A stretch of 64,000 bases of DNA from Actinomycetota bacterium. Its GTDB lineage: Bacteria > Actinomycetota > UBA4738 > HRBIN12. The notes beneath the pieces were generated by a model. The model did not search any database. It was given only the letters and a program-made list of their open reading frames with translations, and was not told the origin of the DNA. The stretch covers positions 8,523-72,522 of the forward strand of contig JAJPHY010000054.1 in NCBI GenBank assembly GCA_021325015.1, written 5' to 3'. This document shows, one piece after another, positions 7,801 to 16,965 of this stretch. Made by a program: the position numbers and the translations under genes. How positions within the stretch are numbered: position 1 is the first letter of the stretch; each line of letters opens with the position of its first letter.

Positions 7801-10065
7801 TCAGGAGACGGCCGCCTCCTCCTTGGTCGTCTCGCGCGGGATCAGCAGCTCGCTCTTGCGGGCCTTCGAGATCCAGATCGCGGCCGCGAGGAGCACGGCC
7901 GCCGCCGCCGCGAACAGGAACCGCAGCGACCCGTCCCGAAACTCGACGACGAGCGGTGCGATCAACAGGGCGACGAGGTTCATGACCTTGATCATCGGGT
8001 TGAGCGCCGGACCGGCCGTGTCCTTGAAGGGGTCACCGACCGTATCGCCGATGACGGCGGCCCTGTGCTGCTCGCTGTTCTTGCCGCCGTAGTGGCCGGC
8101 CTCGACGTACTTCTTGGCGTTGTCCCAGGCCCCGCCGGAGTTCGACAGCATGACCGCCAGAAGCTGGCCGGTCAGGATCGCTCCCGCGAGGAACGCCCCG
8201 AGCGCCTCGGCCTTGAGGAGGAACCCCACGATCACCGGCGCCAGCACTGCGAGCAGGCCGGGCGTCATCAGCTCGCGGAGCGAGGTCTTCGTGCAGATGT
8301 CGACCACGCGCGCGTACTCGGGCTTCTCGGTGTAGTCCATGATTCCCGGGTGCTCGCGGAACTGGTTCCGCACCTCCACGACCACCTGCGAGGCGGCTCG
8401 GCCGACCGCGCGGATCGCGAGCGAGGAGAACAGGAACCCCACCGCGCCGCCGACGAGCAGCCCGACCAGCACGTCCGGCCGATCGACGGGGATCGGGAAC
8501 TCCTGGAGGTTGCCCTTGCCGAGCGCCTTCAGCACGGCGTCGGCGAACGACCCGAACAGCGAGGTCGCGGCGATCACGGCGGTCGCGATCGCCATGCCTT
8601 TGGTGATGGCCTTGGTCGAGTTCCCGATGGCGTCGAGGCCCGTGAGGATCTCCGCCGGACGCCCCTCGAACTCGCCGGACATCTCGGCGATGCCCTGCGC
8701 GTTGTCGGAGACCGGTCCGTACGTGTCCATCGACACGATGACGCCCACGGTCGTGAGCATCCCCATCCCGGTGAGCGAGATGAAGTACAGGCGCTCGAAG
8801 TTGTTGTTGCCGAGCAGGTACGCTCCGGTCACGGCGGCCGCGATCACCAGGATCGCCCACACCGTCGACTCGAGCCCGACCGAGAAGCCCGACAGGATCG
8901 TCGTCGCCGGGCCCGTCTGGGTGGCCTCGGCGATCTCGCGCACCGGCTTGTACTTGGTGTCGGTGAAGTACTGCGTGAGGATCTGGATGACCGAGGCGAG
9001 GATCAGTCCGAACAGCACGGCGACCGCCGGCCGGTAGTCCTTCATGTACCAACCGGCGATCACGAAGACGGCCGCCGCCGAGAGACCGGCCGACACGAAG
9101 AACCCGCGGTTGATCGACTTCATCCCGTGCTCGTCCTCGCTCCGGGGCGAGACCGCAAGGATGCCGACGATCGACGTGATCACGCCGACGGCGCGGACGA
9201 ACAGCGGGAACATCACGCCGCCGATCGCGCCGACCTGCGAGCCGGCGAACGCGGACGCGCCGAGGATCAGCGAGGCGACGAGCGTGACCTCGTAGGACTC
9301 GAACAGGTCGGCCGCCATCCCGGCGCAGTCGCCGACGTTGTCGCCCACGTTGTCGGCGATCACGGCCGCGTTGCGCGGGTCGTCCTCGGGGATCCCCTTC
9401 TCCACCTTGCCGACGAGGTCGGCCCCGACGTCGGCCGCCTTGGTGAAGATCCCGCCGCCCACCCGCATGAACATCGCGAGGAGCGCCCCGCCGAACCCGA
9501 AGCCGACGAGCACGTCGGTCGCGTCGGTCTTGTACACGATCAGGATCACGGTGGCCCCGAGAAGCCCCAGCCCGACGGTGAACATCCCCGCCACCCCGCC
9601 GGCGCGGAAGGCCAGCCGCATCGCGCGCCGCAGGCCCGATTCCCGCGCCGCATCGGCCACCCGGACGTTCGCGCGCACGGCCAGCCACATGCCCGTGAAC
9701 CCGGTGATCCCGGAGAAGCCCGCGCCCAGGATGAAGGCGATCGAGCGCCCGAACCGGATGAACAGGTCGCCGTGCACGGCGCCCTCGGGCACCGGCAGCA
9801 GGAAGAAGATCGCCACCGTGAGGATGACCAGGAACACACCCACCGTGGTGAACTGCCGCCGCAGGTAGGCGCTCGCCCCCTCCTGGATCGCCCGCGCGAT
9901 CTCCTTCATCTTGTCCGTGCCCTGGGGCGCGGCGAGCACCTCGCGTACCAGGTAGTAGGCGAAGAGCAGCGCGATCAGCGAGATGCCCAGGATGATCCAG
10001 AGCGCCCTGTCTTCGAACGAGCCGAACACCGCCTTGATCGGCCCGCCCTCGGCGGCCAGGTACAT
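7801..10065 (-). CDS. hppA: Membrane-bound H+-translocating inorganic pyrophosphatase (V-PPase), probably the K+-independent type
   Basis: MYLAAEGGPIKAVFGS...ADNVGDNVGDCAGMAADLFESYEV...DAIGNSTKAITKG, where the Lys in the GNxxKA motif marks the K+-independent type. ATG 10065 is preceded by GAGGAGG. ORF 7801..10725 carries a spurious ~220 aa N-terminal extension. Confidence 0.9.
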   Translation of the reverse strand: MYLAAEGGPIKAVFGSFEDRALWIILGISLIALLFAYYLVREVLAAPQGTDKMKEIARAIQEGASAYLRRQFTTVGVFLVILTVAIFFLLPVPEGAVHGDLFIRFGRSIAFILGAGFSGITGFTGMWLAVRANVRVADAARESGLRRAMRLAFRAGGVAGMFTVGLGLLGATVILIVYKTDATDVLVGFGFGGALLAMFMRVGGGIFTKAADVGADLVGKVEKGIPEDDPRNAAVIADNVGDNVGDCAGMAADLFESYEVTLVASLILGASAFAGSQVGAIGGVMFPLFVRAVGVITSIVGILAVSPRSEDEHGMKSINRGFFVSAGLSAAAVFVIAGWYMKDYRPAVAVLFGLILASVIQILTQYFTDTKYKPVREIAEATQTGPATTILSGFSVGLESTVWAILVIAAAVTGAYLLGNNNFERLYFISLTGMGMLTTVGVIVSMDTYGPVSDNAQGIAEMSGEFEGRPAEILTGLDAIGNSTKAITKGMAIATAVIAATSLFGSFADAVLKALGKGNLQEFPIPVDRPDVLVGLLVGGAVGFLFSSLAIRAVGRAASQVVVEVRNQFREHPGIMDYTEKPEYARVVDICTKTSLRELMTPGLLAVLAPVIVGFLLKAEALGAFLAGAILTGQLLAVMLSNSGGAWDNAKKYVEAGHYGGKNSEQHRAAVIGDTVGDPFKDTAGPALNPMIKVMNLVALLIAPLVVEFRDGSLRFLFAAAAAVLLAAAIWISKARKSELLIPRETTKEEAAVS

Positions 10066-10268
10066 GGAGGTCCCCTCCTCGGATTGTTGGTGAAGAAGCC
10101 TTCTATCCTGCGGAAACCCCGGGATTATAGGTGGAAGCCCTCGCCGCCGACCCCGGTCGAACGGAGGGCGTTTCCGGGGGTCCAACGCGGGGTGCCGCGT
10201 GCGGGGCATCCGGGCCGCGGCCGGCGTGCGGAGGGGGCGGGTGCGGACGCTCGCTCGTGTCGCAAGGG

Positions 10269-12026
10269 TCACGTGAGCGGCCCGACGACCGCGCCGAGCT
10301 CGCGGTCGAGGTCCTCCAGCCCGGCACGGAGGGCGTGCCCCGCGGCGGCGACCTCCTCCGCGTGCTCCGCGCTTCGCTCCCGCTCCTCCTGCGCGCGACG
10401 AACGCCCGCGCGGAGGCTCTCGACCGTGCTCGAAAGACGGTCCACGAGCTCGCGCTCGAGCGCGCGCACGCTCTGGTCCAAGCGCGTGACGAAGTCGTAG
10501 CGGAGCCGACCCATGTGCTTGTCGACCAGCCGTGGGATCGCCTCCATCACGTCCCGCTCCACGAGCTTGCGGGCCACCTTCCTCGGGAGGTACCGCCGCA
10601 GGTCGGGAAGGAGCGACTCCAGAATGGTCGGGACCTCGAAGAAGGAGTAGGAGAACTCGGTCCTCCGCGAGAGCTCGACGCGGGCCACCCCGGTCTCGAG
10701 GCGGATCCCGAGGATGTCGCCGCACACGCGGACGGTCTCCTCCGCGATCTGCTCGGCCTCCTGGACGAACCGGGCGGTCGCCTTCCGGAACGCCTCGGCC
10801 ACCCGCCGATCCTCGGCCCCTCGCCAGCGGTCGACGTCGGCGCGCAGCCGGGCCCGCACGAGCTCGTCCAGCTCGGAGCCCATCGTTCGGACCTCCTCCG
10901 CCCGGTCCAGGAACTCGCGGGCCACCCGACGGAGCTGATCCTCCTCGCGCCGTCGCAGCGCCTCGAGGTCGGCCTCGATCGTCGCGACCAGCCGGTCGCG
11001 CTCCTTCCGCACGAGCGCCCGTACGTCGTCCTGGCGCTCGGCCGCGCGGGCGAAGACCCGCTCCATCTCCTCGACGCGGCGGGCGAGGTCCTCCTGCGGC
11101 AAGGCCGCCGCCCGCTCCTCCACGTCGATCGAGTTCCGGAGGTCGGCGATCAGCCGCCGCGCGCGCTCGGCGACCGACTCCAGGATCGTGCCTCCCTTCT
11201 CGCGGAGCAGGAACGCCCGGAAGTCGCGCTCGAACGCTGGGAGCCCTGAGTCCTCCAGCGCCGTCGGGTCGGCTTCAAGCTTGGCGCGCAGCGCGTTCCG
11301 GGCGCTCACCGGGTACAGGCGAACCTCGTGGCCCACGGCATCGGCGATCACGCCTCGGGTGAACTCGATCGCCTCCTCGCGATCGGACTCGGACAGATAG
11401 TCGACCTTGTTCAGGACGAAGAACATCCGGGCCGCCTCCTCCCGCACCTCCCGGAGGAACGCCCGCTCGGCGTCGGAGATCGGCGGATCGGCCGTCGTGA
11501 GGAAGATCGCGGCGTCGGCCTCAGGCACGAACGCCCGGGCCGCCTCGGTGTTGTGGGCGTAGACGCTCCCCACGCCCGGCGTGTCGACCAGGAACACGCC
11601 GTCGCGGAGCTCCTCGGCCGGGTAGTGGAGGACGGCGCGCTCCACGCCCCGGCGGTTCTCGGGGTTCCCACGCTCCGTGACGAAGGCGGCGAGCTCGTCG
11701 ACACCGATCGGCTCGACCCGGCCGCCCGTACGCACCACCTCCGCGCGGACCTCATCGCCCCAGGTCACCGCCGTGACGACCGAGGTGAGCGGGACGACGG
11801 CGGAGGGCAGGACCTCCGCGCCGAGCAGCGCGTTGACGAACGTGGTCTTTCCCCGCTTGAACTCGCCGACCACCACCACGTTGAAGCGTTCCTCGGCGAG
11901 CTTGTTCGACAGCGCTCGGCAGGCCTCCGCCACTCCGTGCCCGTTGCGCCGCTCGGCGAGCTCGGCGAGTCGAGCGAGGAGCGCGGTGAGGCGGTCGCGG
12001 CCCTCCGCGTACGTCCGGTCCCCCAT
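10269..12026 (-). CDS. Bacterial dynamin-like GTPase (BDLP, IniA/IniC-like)
   Basis: P-loop VVGEFKRGKTTFVNALLG, switch motif DTPGVGS and NKVD, followed by a long coiled-coil stalk region. The SD AGGAG lies 5 nt before the ATG. Confidence 0.8.
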   Translation of the reverse strand: MGDRTYAEGRDRLTALLARLAELAERRNGHGVAEACRALSNKLAEERFNVVVVGEFKRGKTTFVNALLGAEVLPSAVVPLTSVVTAVTWGDEVRAEVVRTGGRVEPIGVDELAAFVTERGNPENRRGVERAVLHYPAEELRDGVFLVDTPGVGSVYAHNTEAARAFVPEADAAIFLTTADPPISDAERAFLREVREEAARMFFVLNKVDYLSESDREEAIEFTRGVIADAVGHEVRLYPVSARNALRAKLEADPTALEDSGLPAFERDFRAFLLREKGGTILESVAERARRLIADLRNSIDVEERAAALPQEDLARRVEEMERVFARAAERQDDVRALVRKERDRLVATIEADLEALRRREEDQLRRVAREFLDRAEEVRTMGSELDELVRARLRADVDRWRGAEDRRVAEAFRKATARFVQEAEQIAEETVRVCGDILGIRLETGVARVELSRRTEFSYSFFEVPTILESLLPDLRRYLPRKVARKLVERDVMEAIPRLVDKHMGRLRYDFVTRLDQSVRALERELVDRLSSTVESLRAGVRRAQEERERSAEHAEEVAAAGHALRAGLEDLDRELGAVVGPLT

Positions 12027-12031
12027 CGAGC

Positions 12032-12058
12032 GCTCCTACCCCCGCCATCGGTAGGAGC
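12032..12058. promoter_or_regulatory. Palindrome GCTCCTACC-N9-GGTAGGAGC, 5 nt upstream of the dynamin-like gene start and containing its SD
   Basis: Read directly from the sequence. A near-identical copy at 12195..12221 abuts the ATG of the divergent gene. Confidence 0.45.
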
Positions 12059-12104
12059 CATCAGCCCGGAGCGGGCGGTCGGCGGGCCCCATCGCCTGTT
12101 GTGG

Positions 12105-12132
12105 AGTATAGGCATCGGTCCCTCCTATACTG
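12105..12132. promoter_or_regulatory. Inverted repeat AGTATAGG-N12-CCTATACT in the centre of the divergent promoter
   Basis: Perfect 8-bp arms read from the sequence. The element is AT-rich and -10-like (TATAGG / TATACT). Confidence 0.35.
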
Positions 12133-12194
12133 CGTCGGGCGATTCGTTCGCCCGAGGCGATGGAGCTCGCCGAACCGCTCGACGTGAGCTGATA

Positions 12195-12221
12195 GCTCCT
12201 ACCCGTCGGGGAGGTAGGGGC
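12195..12221. promoter_or_regulatory. Palindrome GCTCCTACC-N9-GGTAGGGGC directly abutting ATG 12222 and containing the SD
   Basis: Read directly from the sequence. It is a twin of the element at 12032..12058. Confidence 0.45.
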
Positions 12222-12665
12222 ATGGAGCGGAAGAACGACACCGCCGGGCGGCTCGAGGACCTCGTCCTCACCTTGCGCGACACCGAGGTTCCGGCGGAGA
12301 CTCACCCGGTGCACATGCCCGACGACGCGAGCCCCGCCGATCCGGCCGAAGCTCGCTTCCTGCTGTACGTCGGCCTGTTCGACGCGCTGGCGGACCGAGT
12401 CCTGTCCGAGGCTCCCTCCGAGGAGGAGGGCGAGGTCCATCTTCGGCGCGCGCTGGCCGCCGCCATGAGCGCCGACTCCGTCCTGAAGTTCGAGCGACAC
12501 GAGCGCCAGACCCGTGCCGACCAGAACGAGCTCATGGCGCGGATGCGGTCGCGAGAGATCCAGATGACCGAGCGCTGGATGCTCCCTCGGCTGCGCGAGG
12601 ACATCGACGCCTACCGTCGCAGAATCGAGGGCCTTCGTCGCGCTCTGCTGGAGGAGGCGGAATGA
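12222..12665 (+). CDS. Hypothetical protein (147 aa, acidic, predicted helical)
   Basis: ATG has an upstream GGAGG. The composition looks coding. The stop overlaps the next start (ATGA). Confidence 0.55.
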   Translation: MERKNDTAGRLEDLVLTLRDTEVPAETHPVHMPDDASPADPAEARFLLYVGLFDALADRVLSEAPSEEEGEVHLRRALAAAMSADSVLKFERHERQTRADQNELMARMRSREIQMTERWMLPRLREDIDAYRRRIEGLRRALLEEAE

Positions 12666-13192
12666 CCGCCGGAGTCGAGATCCTCGCCGCCGACTGGGCC
12701 GCGCTCGTGCCGACCGGCCGGCTGGAGCCGGACGAGGTCCGCGGCCTCCTCGCGCGCGGCCGCGCGATCGCGGCGGCCGCTCCCGCCGGGGCGATGCCCG
12801 AGCGTCTCTCGCGGCCGGAGCGCCTCGAGCGGCTCCGCCGGTCCCTCGCGGTCGCGGCGGCCCGGGCGGCCGTTCACCGCTTCGAGCTCGTCAGGCAGCG
12901 CGAGCGCTTCGAGCGCTCGGAGCGCGACGAGGTCGAGACCTACGAGCGCCATCTCGAGCTCCACAAGGACGTGGTGCCTCCGCTCAAGCTCGAGGCCCGG
13001 GCCCTGCGCGCCGAGGTGCGGAGCCTGGAGGCGGAAGCGCGCGCACGCGGCATCGACGTCGACGCCATCCAGCCCGCGATCGACTGGCGGAACACGCTCG
13101 CCGTCGACGGCTACGAGGCTCCGAAGTACGAGACGCCCGAGAGCCGCAAGCGGGCCGCCGTCGAGTTCTTTCGTCGGGTGGGCAAACGGTGA
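12662..13192 (+). CDS. Hypothetical coiled-coil protein (176 aa)
   Basis: Translationally coupled to the upstream gene. Charged heptad-like repeats (ERLERLRRSLAVAAARA...ELVRQRERFERSERDEVETYER). Confidence 0.55.
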   Translation: MTAGVEILAADWAALVPTGRLEPDEVRGLLARGRAIAAAAPAGAMPERLSRPERLERLRRSLAVAAARAAVHRFELVRQRERFERSERDEVETYERHLELHKDVVPPLKLEARALRAEVRSLEAEARARGIDVDAIQPAIDWRNTLAVDGYEAPKYETPESRKRAAVEFFRRVGKR

Positions 13193-13244
13193 GGCGAGCC
13201 TCGAGACGAGCGGGCGCTCGGTCGCGGAGATTGAGGAGGGTGGC

Positions 13245-13979
13245 GTGGTCGTAGCGCGCCGGGCTCGAGCGCTCCGAGACGAGGTCGGCTACCACGATCT
13301 CCTCGCCGACCTCCGCAAGCCCGGGTGCCCGGCCTGCCACGGGGGCCACCGCGCCGCGTGGCGCTACCTCGACGCACTGCTCTGGGAGTTCGTGAACGAT
13401 CCGGAGGTCCGCGCGCGGCTCCGCGCGTCCCTGGGGTTCTGCCGGGAGCACGCCCTGATGCTCCTGGCGGTCGCCTCCAACCGGTCCGCCGGCAGCGGCG
13501 TCGGTATCCTGTACGAGGACCTGCTCCGCCACGTTCGCGAGGAGCTGATCTCGGCCTCCCGGAGCCGGACGCGGAGCGCCAGCCGGAGAGGGCGGAGGTC
13601 GTCCGAGCGCCCCGTCCGCGGGCGGTGCCCCGCGTGCGAGAGCGCAAACTTCGTGGCCACGAACTACGCCCGGATCCTTGCCACCGCACCCGAGGACTCC
13701 CCGCCGATCGAGGGCATCCGGCGGCCGATGCGGGGCATCTGTCTGCCGCACCTCGAGCTCGGTCTCCGGCACGCGCGGACCGAGGCCCAGGCGGCGCGCT
13801 TGGTCGAGCTCTACCTCCGCGGTGAGGAGGAGCTCCGCACCGACCTCACGGAGTTCGTTCGCAAGCAGGACTACCGGTTCCAGAGCGAGGGCCTGACCGA
13901 CGCCCAGGCGAGCTCGTGGATGCGGGCGGTGTACCGTCTCGTCGGCGAGCCCCTGCCCCGCAAGCCACCCGAGCGATGA
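13245..13979 (+). CDS. Hypothetical protein with two CxxC-type cysteine clusters (244 aa; putative Zn-binding)
   Basis: GTG start with GAGGAGG 6 nt upstream. Cysteine clusters GCPACH...FCREH and RCPACES...GICLPH. Confidence 0.55.
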   Translation: MVVARRARALRDEVGYHDLLADLRKPGCPACHGGHRAAWRYLDALLWEFVNDPEVRARLRASLGFCREHALMLLAVASNRSAGSGVGILYEDLLRHVREELISASRSRTRSASRRGRRSSERPVRGRCPACESANFVATNYARILATAPEDSPPIEGIRRPMRGICLPHLELGLRHARTEAQAARLVELYLRGEEELRTDLTEFVRKQDYRFQSEGLTDAQASSWMRAVYRLVGEPLPRKPPER

Positions 13980-15205
13980 GCGCCACGAAAACGAGCCGGC
14001 GCGAGTCGGTCCTGCGCAACCGCACGGTCGCCGGGATCGGCCTCGCGAGCTTCTTCTCCGACGCGGGCCACGAGATGGCGACGGCTGCCCTCCCCGCGTT
14101 CCTCACCTCGCTCGGGGCGCCGGCCGCCGCGCTCGGAGCCATCGAGGGCGTCGCCGACGCGGCCCTGTCGACCTCAAAGCTCGCGGGCGGCGTCGTCGCC
14201 GACCGCAGGGGCACCGACCGCCGGCGGGTGGCCGCCGCCGGCTACCTGGTCACGGGTCTCGGGTACGGCTCGTTTGCCTTCGCGGGGTCCTGGCCGGCCG
14301 TGGCCCTGGGCCGGGCGGTCGCCTGGGCCGCGCGCGGATTGCGGACGCCGGCCCGCGAGGCGCTCTTGGCCGAGGCCGTCCCTCCCGAGTACCTGGGCCG
14401 CGCCTTCGGCATCGAGCGCGCTGGGGACTCCCTCGGCGCGATCGCCGGACCGCTCGTCGCCGCCGCCCTCCTGTCGACGATCGGCTACCGGCACCTGTTC
14501 TGGATCAGCTTCTTCCCAGCCCTCGCGGCCGCGCTGTCGGTGCGATTCCTCGCCCGCGAGGTCCCGCGGGCGCGAGACGTCGCCCATCACGTGGGGATGA
14601 GCATCCGGGAGCTCGCGACCGCGCCGGGCCTGTTCCGATCGCTGCTCGCCGGGGTCGGGCTGTACGGGCTCGGCAACTTCTCCGCCACTCTGCTGATCCT
14701 TCGCGCAACCCAGATCCTGTCCTTTGAGGGCCGGAGCGCCGCGTCGGCGGCCGCGACGGCCGTGCTGCTCTACACGGCGCACAACGCGGCGAACGCGTTC
14801 GCCGCCTACCCGGCCGGAGCCCTCGCCGACCGGATCGGTCGCCGGGTGGTCCTCGTGATGGGCGTGGCGTTGTTCGCCCTCGCCTGCGTGGCCTTCGCGT
14901 TCTCCCCCTCGAGCCTGCCGATCCTCGCCGCGCTGTTCGTGGCGATCGGGGCCTCAACCGCGCTGGTCGAGACCGCGGAGGGGAGCCACGCCGCCGAGGT
15001 CCTCCCGATCGCGCTGCGTGGCAGGGGATACGGGGTCGTCGGGCTCGTCGACGGGGTAGGCGATCTCGTCTCGAGCCTCGTCGTCGGCGTCCTGTGGACC
15101 GTGGCCTCGCCGGCATGGGGGTTCGCGTACGCGGCGCTGCTCTCGATGCTCGGCGCGCTCGTGCTGATCCCCGGCTGCCTCACCGCCCGCCGGCCGAGCG
15201 CCTGA
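13976..15205 (+). CDS. MFS transporter
   Basis: Twelve predicted TM segments. Contains MFS motif A-like GRAVAWAARGLRTPAREALLAEAVP. The ATG at 13976 overlaps the upstream stop (ATGA). Confidence 0.8.
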   Translation: MSATKTSRRESVLRNRTVAGIGLASFFSDAGHEMATAALPAFLTSLGAPAAALGAIEGVADAALSTSKLAGGVVADRRGTDRRRVAAAGYLVTGLGYGSFAFAGSWPAVALGRAVAWAARGLRTPAREALLAEAVPPEYLGRAFGIERAGDSLGAIAGPLVAAALLSTIGYRHLFWISFFPALAAALSVRFLAREVPRARDVAHHVGMSIRELATAPGLFRSLLAGVGLYGLGNFSATLLILRATQILSFEGRSAASAAATAVLLYTAHNAANAFAAYPAGALADRIGRRVVLVMGVALFALACVAFAFSPSSLPILAALFVAIGASTALVETAEGSHAAEVLPIALRGRGYGVVGLVDGVGDLVSSLVVGVLWTVASPAWGFAYAALLSMLGALVLIPGCLTARRPSA

Positions 15206-16064
15206 CGAGCCGAACGAACTCGCGCGCGGCCGGCGAGAGCGGCGTACGGCGGAACACGAGCCCGATCGTCCGTCGGACCCGCGGCCGGAGCGGGGCGACG
15301 ACCGCGCCCCTGCGCGCCGCGTCGTGAGCCTGCGGGGCCGGCAGCAGCGTCACCCCGGCTCCGGCCAGCACGAGCGGCAGGATCGCCTCGCGCTCGTCGG
15401 TCTCGACCGCGACGAGGGCGCGGGCGCCCGCCGCCTCGAACGCCCGATCCAGCAGGCGGCGTGTCGACGTCCCGGGAGGGCCGGTCACGATCGGAAGGTC
15501 CCGCAGTCTCGCGACCGTGATCCGCCCCGAAGGCGGGGGCTCGAAGCCGGGCGGACAGACCGCCAGGAGCTCCTGGACGAGGAACGGCTCGGCGATCAGG
15601 TCCTCGTCCTCGACCGGCACCTCGGAGAGCCCGACCTCGGCTCGACCCGAGCGCACGAGCACGGCGACGGATCGGCCGGCCTCGGGCTGGAGGACACGGA
15701 CCGACACCCCAGGAAACTCGCGGCGGAAGGCCCCGACGAGCGGGGCGAGGGGATCCGCCGCGAGCGTTGGAAGCGCGGCCAGGTCCAGGCGTCCGCTCTC
15801 CAGCCCGGCGACCGCCGCGGCGGCCGCGCGCGCGTTCTGCACGTCCCGGACGATCCCGCGCGCGAACTCGAGGAACGCCTCGCCCGCCGAGGTGGGGATC
15901 ACCGAGCGCCCGAGCCGGTGGAACAGCTCGACCCCGAGCTCCCGCTCGAGGCTCCGAACGCCCTGCGACACCGAGGGCTGGGAGACATAGAGGGCCTCGG
16001 CCGCCCGAGAGAAGCCGCCGTGGTCGGCGACGGCGATCGCGTAGTCGATGAGCCTGAGTTCCAT
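15180..16064 (-). CDS. LysR-family transcriptional regulator
   Basis: N-terminal HTH reads MELRLIDYAIAVADHGGFSRAAEALYVSQPSVSQGVRSLE. The C-terminus is a substrate-binding domain. Confidence 0.85.
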   Translation of the reverse strand: MELRLIDYAIAVADHGGFSRAAEALYVSQPSVSQGVRSLERELGVELFHRLGRSVIPTSAGEAFLEFARGIVRDVQNARAAAAAVAGLESGRLDLAALPTLAADPLAPLVGAFRREFPGVSVRVLQPEAGRSVAVLVRSGRAEVGLSEVPVEDEDLIAEPFLVQELLAVCPPGFEPPPSGRITVARLRDLPIVTGPPGTSTRRLLDRAFEAAGARALVAVETDEREAILPLVLAGAGVTLLPAPQAHDAARRGAVVAPLRPRVRRTIGLVFRRTPLSPAAREFVRLVRRSAGGR

Positions 16065-16079
16065 AGGCTCAGCCTATCG

Positions 16080-16111
16080 TTTCGATGCGAAATCAGTGTT
16101 GAGCTTCTCAA
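16080..16111. promoter_or_regulatory. Two LTTR-type T-N11-A palindromes (TTTCGATGCGAAA and TTGAGCTTCTCAA) in the lysR/tauE divergent promoter
   Basis: Read directly from the sequence. The classic LysR box architecture is T-N11-A with 5-bp inverted arms. Confidence 0.45.
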
Positions 16112-16133
16112 CGATCGGTCGTGCGATGGAATC

Positions 16134-16919
16134 GTGGACGCGGGCAGATGCGCGGTCGTGGCCGCCGTGGCCGGGTGGACGTGGCTGTGGGTTGGGCTGA
16201 TCGGCCTCGCCGTCGGGTTCAGCGCGGGCCTGTTCGGCAAGGGCGGGTCGGCGGTCGCCACCCCTCTCCTGCACGCGGCGGGCGTTCCGGCCTTCGTCGC
16301 GGTGGCCGCCCCGCTGCCCGCCACCGTGCCCTCGACGCTCGCGGCGTCGTGGGCCTACGCCCGCGCGCACCTGGTGGACCGGCGGATCCTCGCCTGGAGC
16401 GCCGGGTTCGGGCTCCCGGCAACCGCCCTCGGGGCGCTCGCGACGCGATGGATCGACGGAGAGCTGCTGGTGCGCGCAAGCGAGCTGGTGGTGGCCGGGC
16501 TCGGGATCCGGTTCCTCCTGCGGCCGGGCTCGCCGACGGAGAAGGCGGCCGAGGCGCCGCCAGATCGCGCTCGGCTGGCGGTGGTCGCCACGCTCGTCGG
16601 GGTCGCCTCGGGACTGCTCGCGAACAGCGGCGGGTTCCTGCTCGCGCCGCTGTACCTGGGGGTGCTGCGCATGCCGATCAAGCGCGCCTTCGCCACCTCC
16701 CTCGCGGTGGCGAGCCTGCTCGCCGTTCCCGGCACGCTCGTCCACTGGGCCCTCGGCCATATCGACTGGGCGGTGGTCGCGGTGTTCGGGGCAAGCTCGA
16801 TCCCCTTCTCGTACCTGGGCGCGCGAGTCGCGCTCCGCTCCGATCCCGTTCGGCTGGAGCGGGTCTACGGGGCCGCCCTCACCTTGCTCGGACTCGGGCT
16901 GTTCGCACTGGGGCGCTGA
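16134..16919 (+). CDS. TauE/SafE (DUF81) family sulfite/anion exporter
   Basis: TM-rich protein with GLFGKGGSAVATPLL and ANSGGFLLAPLYLGVL. The start is uncertain (GTG 16134 or a downstream GTG). The ORF-track N-terminus from 15324 is antisense to lysR. Confidence 0.65.
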   Translation: MDAGRCAVVAAVAGWTWLWVGLIGLAVGFSAGLFGKGGSAVATPLLHAAGVPAFVAVAAPLPATVPSTLAASWAYARAHLVDRRILAWSAGFGLPATALGALATRWIDGELLVRASELVVAGLGIRFLLRPGSPTEKAAEAPPDRARLAVVATLVGVASGLLANSGGFLLAPLYLGVLRMPIKRAFATSLAVASLLAVPGTLVHWALGHIDWAVVAVFGASSIPFSYLGARVALRSDPVRLERVYGAALTLLGLGLFALGR

Positions 16920-16965
16920 GCCCCCGGCCGGCGGCGCCGGACGCCGCACAGCCCGCCACGTTCGG

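Noticed and set aside
10124-10129. TATAAT hexamer (minus strand) about 50 nt upstream of hppA as a promoter -10
   Set aside because: No acceptable -35 element at 16-18 nt spacing, so it is too weak to report as a feature.
7369-10500. 1043-aa + strand ORF, the 551-aa - strand ORF 8033..9688, and other ORFs overlapping hppA
   Set aside because: Composition typical of off-frame high-GC translation (R/G/D/H/P runs). It fully overlaps the well-supported H+-PPase gene on the minus strand.
10066-10725. N-terminal 220-aa extension of the H+-PPase ORF. Similar extensions occur on ORFs 1140..2837, 32336..35707, 34705..36459, 47703..49742 and 60932..62836.
   Set aside because: The extensions are low-complexity, overlap neighbouring genes, and lack an SD. 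Internal starts with good SDs give proteins of the expected family lengths.
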